DNA of 64,000 bases from a bacterium. Lineage in GTDB: Bacteria; Patescibacteriota; Patescibacteriia; JBAXGH01. Positions 27,959 through 37,118 of this stretch are shown here, one piece after another (position 1 is the first letter of the stretch; every line of letters starts with the position of its first letter). Under the pieces are notes generated by a model. The model worked only from the letters and a program-made list of their open reading frames with translations. It searched no databases and had not been told where the DNA came from. The stretch covers positions 16,101 to 80,100 of the forward strand of contig JBAXGH010000001.1 of the NCBI GenBank assembly GCA_037139515.1. Reading direction: 5' to 3'. A program made the translations under genes and the position numbers.

Positions 27959-28859
27959 CTTGATCCATGGAATAGTAGATGGTTAGGTCGCCACTCGAAA
28001 GATAGCTTTTAGCCGTGGCATCACCCGCGATACACAGATTGGTATTGAATCCCTTCAAAGTTTCGGTGAGCTTAGTTTCATCAGAACCTTTCCGGTATGT
28101 TTTCCAAACTCCGCGAGTTTCTTTAAGCTGTTTTTCATCGAGTGGTACGAGCGAACGCAAAGTTTCGGCATATAAAATCGGGAATTTATAGCCTTTGGTT
28201 CTTTCTTTCTCTTGCTGATTCCCGGCATTGATACGGTCAAGCACCATGGCGAGCGCTTGGCTATTGAGTTCCGGATACGGTGCCGTGGTGCCTGGTTTGC
28301 GACCGGAATACTTGTTGGTTATGCGATCATAGCTTCCGGTCTGCAAAACTTCGCGAATCACATAGTATTTGAACCAATCCGGATAAGCGGCTTCGCCGGA
28401 GACGAGATAATCAATCCAAGCGTCGAGCGACTGGCGCTGATCTTCTATGACGGTTTCAGCTAGGCGATGCTTGGTTTCTTGTTTTACTCTTTCCGGAGCG
28501 CGTTCATAATCATCCATCTCACCACGTTCACGAAACATCTCTTCTTGATGTTTCCAATAGCTTTCTGGAATATCTGCGGCTTTGATGACGTATTTTTCGT
28601 GAAATCTAGTGCGCAATAATTCGATATTTCTTTCGCGTTTGCGTTCGTCAAGCTTTCCTTCTTTGTTTTTCGGATGCAAAACCGCATCAATGCGCTCGAA
28701 ATAATTGCCTACGAGCTTTTCTTTCGGCACAGCTTCCCCGGTTTCGGTCTGCGTACGACTAGCCGCGCGCAAAACCGGCTTCGAGCCAGGCAAGTCAGAG
28801 TATTTTTGAGAGATAATATCGTTTTCCATAATACGGGCATTATAACAAAAAACCGCCAT
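27813..28859 (-). CDS. hypothetical protein, possibly the N-terminal part of the DGR target split by a frameshift
   Basis: Same strand as the ORF 26999..27958 and overlapping it by 146 nt. No recognisable domain. Confidence 0.4.
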   Translation of the reverse strand: MAVFCYNARIMENDIISQKYSDLPGSKPVLRAASRTQTETGEAVPKEKLVGNYFERIDAVLHPKNKEGKLDERKRERNIELLRTRFHEKYVIKAADIPESYWKHQEEMFRERGEMDDYERAPERVKQETKHRLAETVIEDQRQSLDAWIDYLVSGEAAYPDWFKYYVIREVLQTGSYDRITNKYSGRKPGTTAPYPELNSQALAMVLDRINAGNQQEKERTKGYKFPILYAETLRSLVPLDEKQLKETRGVWKTYRKGSDETKLTETLKGFNTNLCIAGDATAKSYLSSGDLTIYYSMDQDGTPKIPRAALHVVEGNLNEVRGIGTNQNTDAYIADVLAKKTKGISER

Positions 28860-28871
28860 GGCGTGGCAGTC

Positions 28872-29105
28872 TTAATTGTTTCGTTCCAGGAATTTGAGTA
28901 GTGTCTCTTTTTTCAGACCAAGCGTACGAAGGTTATTCATCACTATGAAAGGCGGCAATGGATCATATTCAGGAATCACAATCAGCCTTAACGCACCAGC
29001 CTTTTTATAAATCCGATGATCACCTTTCATGCGATCAAATTCACAACCAACAGAAATAACAAATTTTACAAAAATCTTCCAGTCCACGGCCCCAAAATCC
29101 CCCAT
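28872..29105 (-). CDS. hicA: HicA-like (YcfA family) mRNA-interferase toxin
   Basis: GDHRIYK...LIVIPEYDPLPPFIVMNNLRTLGL resembles the HicA pattern GSHH...VPxHxxxLxxGTLxSILKQAGL. It lies 5 nt downstream of a HicB-like ORF. Confidence 0.5.
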   Translation of the reverse strand: MGDFGAVDWKIFVKFVISVGCEFDRMKGDHRIYKKAGALRLIVIPEYDPLPPFIVMNNLRTLGLKKETLLKFLERNN

Positions 29106-29110
29106 ATTTT

Positions 29111-29398
29111 TTATACAGAAGCTAAAATATCCATTCGCATCATTGAGTGGTTCACCACCTCTGGTGGGACCATAATTTTTTTAACTTTCTTCCAACCAAG
29201 ATCCTTCAATACCTGCTCTAGTGTTCCCATTCGAATGTGCTCCTCAAAAAAGATATCAACAATCTCGTGCCACATACGCTTGGCGTCTTCCTCGCTATTC
29301 CCACAAGTCGACAAATCTAAAGCCGGCGAATACGCAACATATGCGTTGCCTTCCTTAAAGATTGTAACAGGCAGCTTAACGGAAAAAACGTTTTTCAT
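29111..29398 (-). CDS. hicB: HicB-like (UPF0150) antitoxin
   Basis: N-terminal VTIFKEGNAYVAYSPALDLSTCGNSEEDAKRMWHEIVDIFFEE matches the HicB N-domain fold pattern. Confidence 0.5.
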   Translation of the reverse strand: MKNVFSVKLPVTIFKEGNAYVAYSPALDLSTCGNSEEDAKRMWHEIVDIFFEEHIRMGTLEQVLKDLGWKKVKKIMVPPEVVNHSMMRMDILASV

Positions 29399-29458
29399 AA
29401 CGCCGTCATATTAACAAAAACTATGTTAAAACACAATGCATTGATTAAATTCGCCCTT

Positions 29459-30331
29459 TTATTTTTTCCCAGCAAAACCAAGCCTCCAGTAATTTCCCGG
29501 CATCCAAATACGCTGTGCGCCAAAGTGAGTTTTGAAAAGTGAATAACCGTTTCCGGGGTCAAAAGGTAGCGAGCGTGGACCGACAGAAACGCCAAAATTA
29601 CAGGCTTTTAGACCCCGCTCACGGGAACGAGTAAACCACCATTCAACAAGACCGAGCATCGGATGCATCCGGCTAGCTTCCGGAATAAAAAAACCGAGAA
29701 GATACAAACTATATTTGGCCTCGTCGCAGTGGATTCCGATAAACCCTGCAATAATCCCCATGGTTTCGTGTTCAGCGAGCATAATATCAACCGCGTCCGG
29801 ATGCGCGATTTGATGCCGCTGAACCTCGGCCATAAAAACATCTTGCATATCCATCGGCACTTGCGAACGGATATAGGCCGGCAACAATTCTTCTAAAGTT
29901 CCGAGGCGTAACTTTATTCCCGGAGTTTTTTTAAAAACCTTCAAATGGCGGCGCGCCTGCTCGCTCCATGATTTTGTAAAATCACCTTCAGTCAGCCATG
30001 AAACTGACTTGTGCCGAGCACCGGTCACACGCGCAAAACCAATACTCTGCTCACGCGTCGGGCTTCTCCCCGGCAACCACTCATCCAACTGAAAAAGCGA
30101 CTTGCTCTTGAGTCTTGGCGGAGGCAGAGCGTCGCGCGTAAAACTTCGATACCAAGTTATGACACGGTTTGAAACCACCTGAATCGTCACCGAACGGTCG
30201 GTGATAAAAAGACTTTTTGGATCAATAAAAGTCGCCGCATACCAAGGCGTCGATTCGTGCGGAATAAACCAGTGATTCGGAAGTAGACTCACATCCTTAA
30301 CCCAGCGCAAGCGTTTCAGCGGGTCATTCAT
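29459..30331 (-). CDS. acyl-CoA N-acyltransferase-fold protein (FemAB/BioF2-like?)
   Basis: Weak resemblance only. Length and hydrophobic C-terminal half are consistent with GNAT-fold peptidoglycan bridge-forming enzymes. Confidence 0.25.
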   Translation of the reverse strand: MNDPLKRLRWVKDVSLLPNHWFIPHESTPWYAATFIDPKSLFITDRSVTIQVVSNRVITWYRSFTRDALPPPRLKSKSLFQLDEWLPGRSPTREQSIGFARVTGARHKSVSWLTEGDFTKSWSEQARRHLKVFKKTPGIKLRLGTLEELLPAYIRSQVPMDMQDVFMAEVQRHQIAHPDAVDIMLAEHETMGIIAGFIGIHCDEAKYSLYLLGFFIPEASRMHPMLGLVEWWFTRSRERGLKACNFGVSVGPRSLPFDPGNGYSLFKTHFGAQRIWMPGNYWRLGFAGKK

Positions 30332-30354
30332 AAGTCGTCAACTAACATACATAA

Positions 30355-30450
30355 CAACACGAATCGGCGCGACGGTGTTCCCTGCGCCCTCCTCCGCGCG
30401 TGTAACGCTGCGGTGAATGCTCGGAAACACCAATCGTCGCCGATTCGTCT
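30355..30450. repeat. family-4 structured repeat (core CTGCGCCCTCCTCCGCGCGTGTAACGCTGCGGTGAATGCTCG within a ~95-nt inverted repeat)
   Basis: Near-identical 42-nt core at 56376..56419 and a partial copy at 11636. Outer arms GAATCGGCGCGACGGTGTTCC and GGAAACACCAATCGTCGCCGATTC. Confidence 0.6.
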
Positions 30451-30462
30451 ACCTTACAACAT

Positions 30463-31722
30463 TTAGCCGCCGACTTCCTCCGCGATTTCCATGAGCCTGT
30501 TATATTTCGCGACCCGTTCGCCGCGCGACATCGAACCGGTCTTGATAAATTCCGCATTCACCGCGACCGCCAAGTCAGCAATGGTCGTATCTGTAGTTTC
30601 GCCTGAACGATGAGAAATCACCACTTTATAGTTGTACTGTTTGGCAAGAAGGATCGTTTCCATGGTTTCGCTAAGCGTACCAATCTGGTTCAACTTAATC
30701 AAAATCGCATTTCCAACACCCAAGCTGATTCCCTTCTGCAAACGCTCGGCTTTCGTGACAAACAAATCATCGCCAACCAGCATCATTTTTTCTCCGTTAG
30801 CTTTGGTCATTTCGACCCAGTTCGTCCAATCATCTTCTGCCAAGCCATCTTCCACCGAAATCAGCGGATATTTTTTCGCCCAGTTCGCAAACATCTCAGT
30901 CATCTGCGACGACTTATATTTCACTTTATCAGTTCGCAAAATATATCGGGCTGATTTTTCATCGTAGAATTCGCTCGCCGCCGCATCAACCGCAATCGCG
31001 ATATCCTTTCCAGGCTTGAACCCGGCTTTCTTGATGGCCGCGACTAACATATCCAAAGCGTGGATAGTTTTTCCGACCATCGGTGCATATCCGCCTTCAT
31101 TTCCAACGCCTGTTGATAACTTCCGAGCCTTCAAAATAGCACCCAAAGCATGAAAAACTTCGGCCGCAATTCGCACGCGTTCAGCCATTTTCTTGGCACC
31201 AACCGGAACCACCATGAATTCCTGAAAATCCAAATCAGTATCGGCGTGGCGGCCACCATTCAAGATATTGACCATCGGCATCGGCATTTTATAGCTTGAA
31301 TAGCTCAAGCCGTACGCCTCGCGCAGATATTTGAAGAGCGGCATCTCTTTGCCTCTTGAAGCCGCACGCGCGACCGCGAGCGAAACTCCCAAAATCGCAT
31401 TCGCGCCCAGTTTTGATTTATTCTTGGTGCCGTCGAGTTTGATCATGGCCGCATCAATCGCTTTTTGATCAAGCGCGTCGTGGCCGAGCAAAGCCGGCAA
31501 AATCTTGTTATTCACGTTCGCGACCGCTTTCTTCACACCCTGACCGCGATATCGCTTAACATCTCCATCGCGAAGCTCGAGAGCCTCATGAACACCCGTT
31601 GACGCCCCAGACGGCACCGAAGCTATACCACGAGCACCGTTATCAAGCACAACGGTCACCGAAACCGTCGGATTTCCGCGTGAATCAAGAATTTCATGAG
31701 CATGGATATTGGCGATTTTCAT
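30463..31722 (-). CDS. eno: enolase
   Basis: MKIANIHAHEILDSRGNPTVSV start. The SHRSGETED-like SHRSGETTD motif is present. Confidence 0.9.
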   Translation of the reverse strand: MKIANIHAHEILDSRGNPTVSVTVVLDNGARGIASVPSGASTGVHEALELRDGDVKRYRGQGVKKAVANVNNKILPALLGHDALDQKAIDAAMIKLDGTKNKSKLGANAILGVSLAVARAASRGKEMPLFKYLREAYGLSYSSYKMPMPMVNILNGGRHADTDLDFQEFMVVPVGAKKMAERVRIAAEVFHALGAILKARKLSTGVGNEGGYAPMVGKTIHALDMLVAAIKKAGFKPGKDIAIAVDAAASEFYDEKSARYILRTDKVKYKSSQMTEMFANWAKKYPLISVEDGLAEDDWTNWVEMTKANGEKMMLVGDDLFVTKAERLQKGISLGVGNAILIKLNQIGTLSETMETILLAKQYNYKVVISHRSGETTDTTIADLAVAVNAEFIKTGSMSRGERVAKYNRLMEIAEEVGG

Positions 31723-31775
31723 AGGGGGTAAAAAATCAAGAAAACAATAAATCAAGAAATCAAAAATACACACAA
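31723..31775 (-). promoter_or_regulatory. U-rich UUGAUUU-repeat leader of eno with no SD
   Basis: On the minus strand UUUUUGAUUUCUUGAUUUAUUGUUUUCUUGAUUUUUUACCCCCU precedes the ATG. A second array lies at 31835..31900. Confidence 0.5.
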
Positions 31776-31901
31776 CATGATAACACAAAAGACGCCTAAT
31801 GCTATTAAGCGTCCTCAGTGTTGTGTTTTTTTGATTTATTGATTTCTTGATTTTTTGTCCCGCGTCCTGTCCCTTAGTTTCTTGATTTATTGATTTCTTA
31901 C

Positions 31902-32729
31902 TTACTCTATCTCGTAAGTTAAAGTAACACTCGAAGAAATATCCTGTGTTCCCGGCTGAATCGTCGGAGCCGGAGCTGCCGATGGCGCCGCACCAAGCAT
32001 CATTTTGTCATAATACATCGGGTATGGTGTCGGGTTATAGCCGCCTTCCGAATAGTTTACGACCTTTCCAAGTTTAAATCCGGCCTGTGAAGCCATGGTC
32101 TGTGCCTTGGTCTTTGCTTTCTCAACCGCCAAAGCACGGGCCTGATCGACATATTTATCCGGGAATTCAACGCTAAACTCTAGGTTTCCAACGCGATTCG
32201 CGCCAATAGAACCAGCGGCCTGAAGCACATCTCCAGCTTTGGATAAATCACGAATCTTGATTTCCAAATCCTGACTAACCGTATAGCCCATAAAAACCTG
32301 GGCATTATTGGTCCAATTATATTTTGGCTGAATGCCGTAGCTCGTCGTCTTTAAATCTTTTTCATCAATTCCCAAAGCCTTCAATCGCCCGAGCAAATCA
32401 TTAAACCGCTGAGTATTCACCTTCTGCGATTCTGCGATTTTGAAACCGTCGATACTCAAACCAACCGAAAGCATGGCGATATCTGGAGAAATCGTGACTT
32501 TATCATCCGCGCTCACGGTCAAAGTGTGACGCTCGAGCGGCAGAACGCCAACTTGCTTTTTTTGCGCATTCTTATAGCCGGCATCAACGAACAACCAGCC
32601 CGTCAAAGCCAACCCAACCATAATCATGATGACCATTTTCCCCATGTGGCGACCGCAATGGCCACCGCATCCCTGTACACCGCCTTCTTTTCCGTCAGTA
32701 CCAACACCGCCGCAGCAGTTCATGCCCAT
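31902..32729 (-). CDS. SIMPL-domain (DUF541) protein, membrane anchored
   Basis: LTVSADDKVTISPDIAMLSVGL...LKALGIDEKDLKTTSYGIQPKY matches SIMPL/26 kDa periplasmic immunogenic protein. The likely start is the internal MGKMVIM. Confidence 0.6.
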   Translation of the reverse strand: MGMNCCGGVGTDGKEGGVQGCGGHCGRHMGKMVIMIMVGLALTGWLFVDAGYKNAQKKQVGVLPLERHTLTVSADDKVTISPDIAMLSVGLSIDGFKIAESQKVNTQRFNDLLGRLKALGIDEKDLKTTSYGIQPKYNWTNNAQVFMGYTVSQDLEIKIRDLSKAGDVLQAAGSIGANRVGNLEFSVEFPDKYVDQARALAVEKAKTKAQTMASQAGFKLGKVVNYSEGGYNPTPYPMYYDKMMLGAAPSAAPAPTIQPGTQDISSSVTLTYEIE

Positions 32730-32820
32730 ATAAATTTGGTTAGATATTAAAGCGACTATATTATATGCTCATTAGACTAAAAAATACACCGCGTAGAACG
32801 GTGTATTTCATTAAATATTT

Positions 32821-33987
32821 TTATTTTTCCACAAGCGGAATCAAACCAGGCAGCATCCGACCCGACAAAAACTCGAGCATGGCGCCTCCGCCTGTCGAAA
32901 CATAGCTAAAAGCCTGTTCCATGCCCGACATATGCGCGACTTCCAAAGTTTCGCCGCCGCCAACCACGCTAAACGCACCAAACTGGGTTCGCGCTGCAAC
33001 CGTGCGCGCAAGCATAATCGAACCGTGCGCAAATGACGGGATTTCGTAGATGCCCATAGGGCCGTTCCAGACGATAGTCGAAACCCGATCCAGAATTGCG
33101 CGATATTCGCAAAGCGTAGACAAACCAACATCAACGATGATTTCATCCGACTCAATCGCGGTCGGCGGAACCATGCGCAAAGGCGCTTTATCAGCCAAGC
33201 GCTTCGCAACCACAACGTCAATCGGCAAAACCAAATTCTTATATCGCACGAGTTTCGCGGCGGCCTTAACTTCTTCCGATGCCGCGAGCGACTTTCCGAC
33301 TTCAAACCCACGCGCCTTGAAAAACGCATTCGCCATCGCTCCACCAACCAGAACCAACGAACCCTGCTTCAAGAATCTTTCCAAAACATCAATTTTTGAT
33401 GAAACTTTTGCGCCGCCCATCACAACCACTAAACCGCGCGGGCGCTCTTCCAAAACGTGCATTTGATGCTGAACCTCCTGCGACAAGCCAATTCCGGCGT
33501 ATGAATCCAAGTGTTTCGTGATGCCGAGTACCGAAGCATGTGCACGATGCGAAACCGCAAAAGCGTCATTCACATACAGGTCCCCGAGCGAAGCCAAAGC
33601 TTTTGCAAACTTAGTATCATTTTTTTCTTCGCCTTTTTCAAAACGAAGATTTTCAAGCATCAAAATTTCGCGATTCTTGAGCTTCAAGACCGCAGCCTTG
33701 GCCTTCGGGCCCACAACATCGCCGGCATATTTGATTTTCATGCCGACAAGTTTCGCGAGATGGGAAGCCAGCGTTCGTGTTGAAAGCGAAGGCACGACGC
33801 GACCGTCCGGACGTCCCAAATGCGTCATGAGAACAACCTTAGCGCCGCGATGGACCAGCATGCGAAGCGTCGTCAAAGCTCTTTCCAATTTTGTCTCTGA
33901 TCCTTCCGTCGCGCCATTAAAATCAACCCGCAACAATACGGTTTTTCCGCGCAGTTCACCCGCTCCCGAAATAGAACGAAGTCTCAT
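32821..33987 (-). CDS. pgk: phosphoglycerate kinase
   Basis: GKTVLLRVDFN...MTHLGRP N-terminal signature. The start is taken at the internal Met. Confidence 0.9.
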   Translation of the reverse strand: MRLRSISGAGELRGKTVLLRVDFNGATEGSETKLERALTTLRMLVHRGAKVVLMTHLGRPDGRVVPSLSTRTLASHLAKLVGMKIKYAGDVVGPKAKAAVLKLKNREILMLENLRFEKGEEKNDTKFAKALASLGDLYVNDAFAVSHRAHASVLGITKHLDSYAGIGLSQEVQHQMHVLEERPRGLVVVMGGAKVSSKIDVLERFLKQGSLVLVGGAMANAFFKARGFEVGKSLAASEEVKAAAKLVRYKNLVLPIDVVVAKRLADKAPLRMVPPTAIESDEIIVDVGLSTLCEYRAILDRVSTIVWNGPMGIYEIPSFAHGSIMLARTVAARTQFGAFSVVGGGETLEVAHMSGMEQAFSYVSTGGGAMLEFLSGRMLPGLIPLVEK

Positions 33988-34057
33988 AGTATCATGATTT
34001 GATGCTCTAATTATACCACGACTAAAAAAGCTCCCGCGGTCGGGAGCTTTTTTATTA

Positions 34058-34495
34058 TTAAATCTTGCAAGCCACGAAGCAATCAGAATATTTGGAATCA
34101 ACCTTCAGAATGTGATGAAAGAGCCACGATCCGGCAAAAGCCGCTATTTCCCCGACCAAAATACGCGGATCATCTTCGGCGCGTACGCGTGCCATATACT
34201 CTTTGACATCATGACGAAACTTATTGTGCACCTCAACGTGCGCTGCCACTTCCGGATATTTGCATTTTTCGAAGAGCTCTTCTTCCGTTCGCAAGTGATA
34301 AAAAGCGTAGTCTTCAAGCTCGCTTATGAGCGCGAGAACCGATTTTTTTGACGCCGTCTCGCCCTCAAGTTCATCAAAAACCTTGTTCGCGAGATCGAAG
34401 AAATGGTGGTGCTGTTCATCAATCAGATCAACTCTAACACTGTATTTCTGGCTCCAAACAAATCTTTCATGCATATGACTGCTATTATAACTCAA
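34058..34495 (-). CDS. bacteriohemerythrin (HHE cation-binding domain)
   Basis: FVWSQKYSVRVDLIDEQHHHFF...HLRTEEELF...HVEVHNKFRH...WLFHHILKVD gives the His/Glu ligand pattern of hemerythrin. Confidence 0.7.
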   Translation of the reverse strand: MSYNSSHMHERFVWSQKYSVRVDLIDEQHHHFFDLANKVFDELEGETASKKSVLALISELEDYAFYHLRTEEELFEKCKYPEVAAHVEVHNKFRHDVKEYMARVRAEDDPRILVGEIAAFAGSWLFHHILKVDSKYSDCFVACKI

Positions 34496-34497
34496 TT

Positions 34498-35835
34498 CTA
34501 TTTTGAATCAGGCTTAAGATATACACTAATACCGTGCCTAAAAACCTGCAAAGCATAGCGCATCGGCAAAATCTTCATAAAATAATCCAGGTCGGCTATT
34601 TTTCGAAGATAGTATGCGATGCGACCGCGAATATGCAGCGACCCGACGGTTGCGACGGCATATTTTCCGCCAAGCGTGACCACCGAAGGCCATCTTGTCG
34701 GTAGCTTATATGAAACCAAAGTTTTATTTTTCAAAAGTCGACAGATATTATCAGCCGCATATTTGCCTTCAAGCATGGCTGATTGCGCCAAATACATAAC
34801 CGGCTTCTTGGTTTCCTCCTGAATCAAAGACGTGGCGTCGCCGAGTGCAAAAACATCGCTCTCGCCTTTCACTAGAAATTCCGATGAAATCACGATGCGC
34901 CCAGATTGATCTAACTCAAAAGGAAGCGTGCCGACAACTTTTGACGGCTTGATGCCGGCAGTCCACAAAACCATATTCGCTTCGATTAATCGCTCGGTTT
35001 TATCAACCGCGTCTTCCGAAGCTGGCCCGACTACGACACCGGATTCATTCACTTCCAGGACCTTATTCTGAACCAAAACTTCAACGCCAAGAGCGCGCAA
35101 TCTTTCCTCGGCCCACCGACGCACCGTCATATCGTTTCCCGAAAGAAGAGTCGCGCCGGAATCGATAATCGTAATCCGCGCGTGACGGTGACGAATTATT
35201 TCCTGTTTACGAAGCTCTTCAAAAAATACGGCGAATTCAGCCGCTACTTCAACTCCGGTCGCACCGCCGCCACAAATCGCAACACTCACAACTTCTTCCG
35301 TACCGCTCAAATGACTGGCGATGAATTTATTCAGGCGCTTTCGAACATTCAAACCATTTTCAATAGTTTTTAGCTTGAACGCATATTCGTTCACGCCTTT
35401 GATTTCAAAATCCTTTGATTCACTCCCGAGTGCCACAACCAAATAATCATAATCGAGCAACTCGCCGTCTTTTAAGAAAACCTGTTTTGATGTTTTATCG
35501 ACACCGGTAATTTCCGCCCGCTTAAAACTCAGATATTTTTTTCCGCTGAGTTTTGAAAAATCATTTAAACTTACACAGACGCTTTCACGCAGCTCATAAA
35601 CGCACCCTTTGGAAGAATCACTAAGACAGCCACTCGCGATTTGATAAAGCAGCGGCGTGTAAAGATGAGCCGGATTTTTGTCGACAAGCACAATTTCGCA
35701 ATCGTCGCCACACTTCTTCGCAAGCTTTAAAGCACAAGCGAGACCGCCAAAACCGGCGCCCAGAATCACAACCCGCGGTTTTTTATTTTCGTTTTTCATG
35801 AAAGGACAGCCGTCATCATGATTAAATGTTGTCAC
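34498..35835 (-). CDS. ndh: type II NADH dehydrogenase-like FAD-dependent pyridine nucleotide-disulfide oxidoreductase
   Basis: Two dinucleotide-binding motifs (VVILGAGFGGLA and VAICGGGATGVE) plus LLYQIASG. Confidence 0.7.
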   Translation of the reverse strand: MTTFNHDDGCPFMKNENKKPRVVILGAGFGGLACALKLAKKCGDDCEIVLVDKNPAHLYTPLLYQIASGCLSDSSKGCVYELRESVCVSLNDFSKLSGKKYLSFKRAEITGVDKTSKQVFLKDGELLDYDYLVVALGSESKDFEIKGVNEYAFKLKTIENGLNVRKRLNKFIASHLSGTEEVVSVAICGGGATGVEVAAEFAVFFEELRKQEIIRHRHARITIIDSGATLLSGNDMTVRRWAEERLRALGVEVLVQNKVLEVNESGVVVGPASEDAVDKTERLIEANMVLWTAGIKPSKVVGTLPFELDQSGRIVISSEFLVKGESDVFALGDATSLIQEETKKPVMYLAQSAMLEGKYAADNICRLLKNKTLVSYKLPTRWPSVVTLGGKYAVATVGSLHIRGRIAYYLRKIADLDYFMKILPMRYALQVFRHGISVYLKPDSK

Positions 35836-35869
35836 CCCGGGCCCTCATCGTCATCCCAAAGTTTTCTAG

Positions 35870-35893
35870 TTGTCATCCCGAAGCCGAGGGATC
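35870..35893. repeat. family-2(ii) 24-nt hairpin repeat TTGTCATCCCGAAGCCGAGGGATC
   Basis: Identical or near-identical copies at 42505, 62575 (reverse complement) and 39918 (reverse complement, inside queA). Confidence 0.7.
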
Positions 35894-35902
35894 TAGTAAT
35901 GT

Positions 35903-36910
35903 TTATTTAAGCTTTTTTGCAAATTCAAGAGCCATATCGGCGAGCCGGCAAGAATATCCCCACTCGTTATCATACCAAGCCACAACTTTCACAAAATCCC
36001 CACCAACAACCTTAGTCAAACCTAAATCAACGATAGAAGATGCCGGATTTTTTATAAAATCAGAAGAAACGAGCGGCTCTTCGGTGACTTCCAAAATCCC
36101 ATTCCAACGCGAAGTCTTGCTCATCGATTTAAACAAATCGTTGATTTCTTTTTCAGTCGTATGCTTTCGAAGCAAGAAGGTAAAATCCGCGAGCGAAACC
36201 ACACTCGTGGGCACACGAATCGAAAGCCCGTCAAACAAGTCTTTTAATTCTGGAATCGCCTCCGATACCGCAATCGCCGCACCGGTTGAAGTCGGCACCA
36301 TATTCGCGGCCGCTGCACGCGCTCGACGTAAATCCTTATGCGGACCGTCCTGCAAGTTTTGATCAGCGGTATATGAATGAATCGTCGTCATCAAAGCGCG
36401 TTTCACCCCGAAATGCTCGTGCATGATGGCGGCGACCGGCGCGATGCAGTTCGTCGTACAAGAGGCATTGTTTATCACCTTGTACTGCTTGCCGAGCTTC
36501 GAGTGATTCACACCCAAAACGTAGGTCGGCACAACGCCACCCTTAGCCGGCGCGCTGATTATAACGCCCTTCGCACCAGCCGTGATGTGCTGCGAGGCGC
36601 CTTCTTCGGAAGTAAATCGCCCGGTACATTCCAAAACGATATCGATTTTTTCCGCTTTCCAAGGCAATTTCGTCGGCTCTTTTTCGGCGTAAACCCGAAT
36701 TTTCTTGCCGCCGACAATCAAAGAATCCTTCGTGGCTTCAACTTTCTGATCATAAGCGCCGTAATTCGTATCATGACGCAATAAATGCGCAAGCGTCGCC
36801 GGATCAGTCAAATCGTTAACCGCGACAACCTCAAATCCCTTTTTCAAAAAACCAGCTTTCAAAACGTTGCGCCCGATGCGCCCAAACCCGTTGATGGCAA
36901 TTCGTGGCAT
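35903..36910 (-). CDS. gap: glyceraldehyde-3-phosphate dehydrogenase
   Basis: INGFGRIGR N-terminus and the ASCTTNC active-site motif. Confidence 0.9.
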   Translation of the reverse strand: MPRIAINGFGRIGRNVLKAGFLKKGFEVVAVNDLTDPATLAHLLRHDTNYGAYDQKVEATKDSLIVGGKKIRVYAEKEPTKLPWKAEKIDIVLECTGRFTSEEGASQHITAGAKGVIISAPAKGGVVPTYVLGVNHSKLGKQYKVINNASCTTNCIAPVAAIMHEHFGVKRALMTTIHSYTADQNLQDGPHKDLRRARAAAANMVPTSTGAAIAVSEAIPELKDLFDGLSIRVPTSVVSLADFTFLLRKHTTEKEINDLFKSMSKTSRWNGILEVTEEPLVSSDFIKNPASSIVDLGLTKVVGGDFVKVVAWYDNEWGYSCRLADMALEFAKKLK

Positions 36911-36955
36911 AAATTCAATAAATCAAAAAATCAATAAAACAAGAAATCAAAAGAC
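36911..36955 (-). promoter_or_regulatory. gap promoter (-10 TATAAT) and UUGAUUU-repeat leader with no SD
   Basis: The minus strand reads GGTATAATGTCTTTTGATTTCTTGTTTTATTGATTTTTTGATTTATTGAATTT followed by ATG. Confidence 0.5.
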
Positions 36956-37030
36956 ATTATACCATTTTCAAAAACAAAAACCGCGGCAGATACCGTGGTT
37001 TTTGTTTTTGTTCGTGTGAGGTTCGGGTAT

Positions 37031-37110
37031 GCGATATTTTGGCCGAAGTGTGCGACGAGCAATCAGCCGTACCTTTGCTCGTCGCAGCACTCGGCAAAAT
37101 ATTGTCGTAT
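37031..37110. repeat. family-1 palindromic element, copy C (loop AATCAGCCGTACCTTTG)
   Basis: Arms GATATTTTGGCCGAAGTGTGCGACGAGC and GCTCGTCGCAGCACTCGGCAAAATATTGTC. It lies between the tsf stop and the gap start. An overlapping + ORF (37029..37583) is spurious. Confidence 0.65.
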
Positions 37111-37118
37111 CCACCGAG

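Noticed and set aside
31902-32000. N-terminal Cys/Gly-rich extension (MGMNCCGGVGTDG...) of the SIMPL-domain ORF as a metal-binding domain
   Set aside because: It is most likely an upstream-extension artefact. A plausible start (MGKMVIM) with a transmembrane segment lies downstream.
32841-33347. 168-aa Arg/Trp-rich minus ORF inside pgk
   Set aside because: It is an alternative frame of pgk, and its composition (many Arg, Trp and Cys) is non-protein-like.
35826-36362. 178-aa plus ORF starting in the gap/ndh spacer
   Set aside because: It is antisense to GAPDH. Its N-terminus is merely the translation of the family-2(ii) repeat (SCHPEAEGS).
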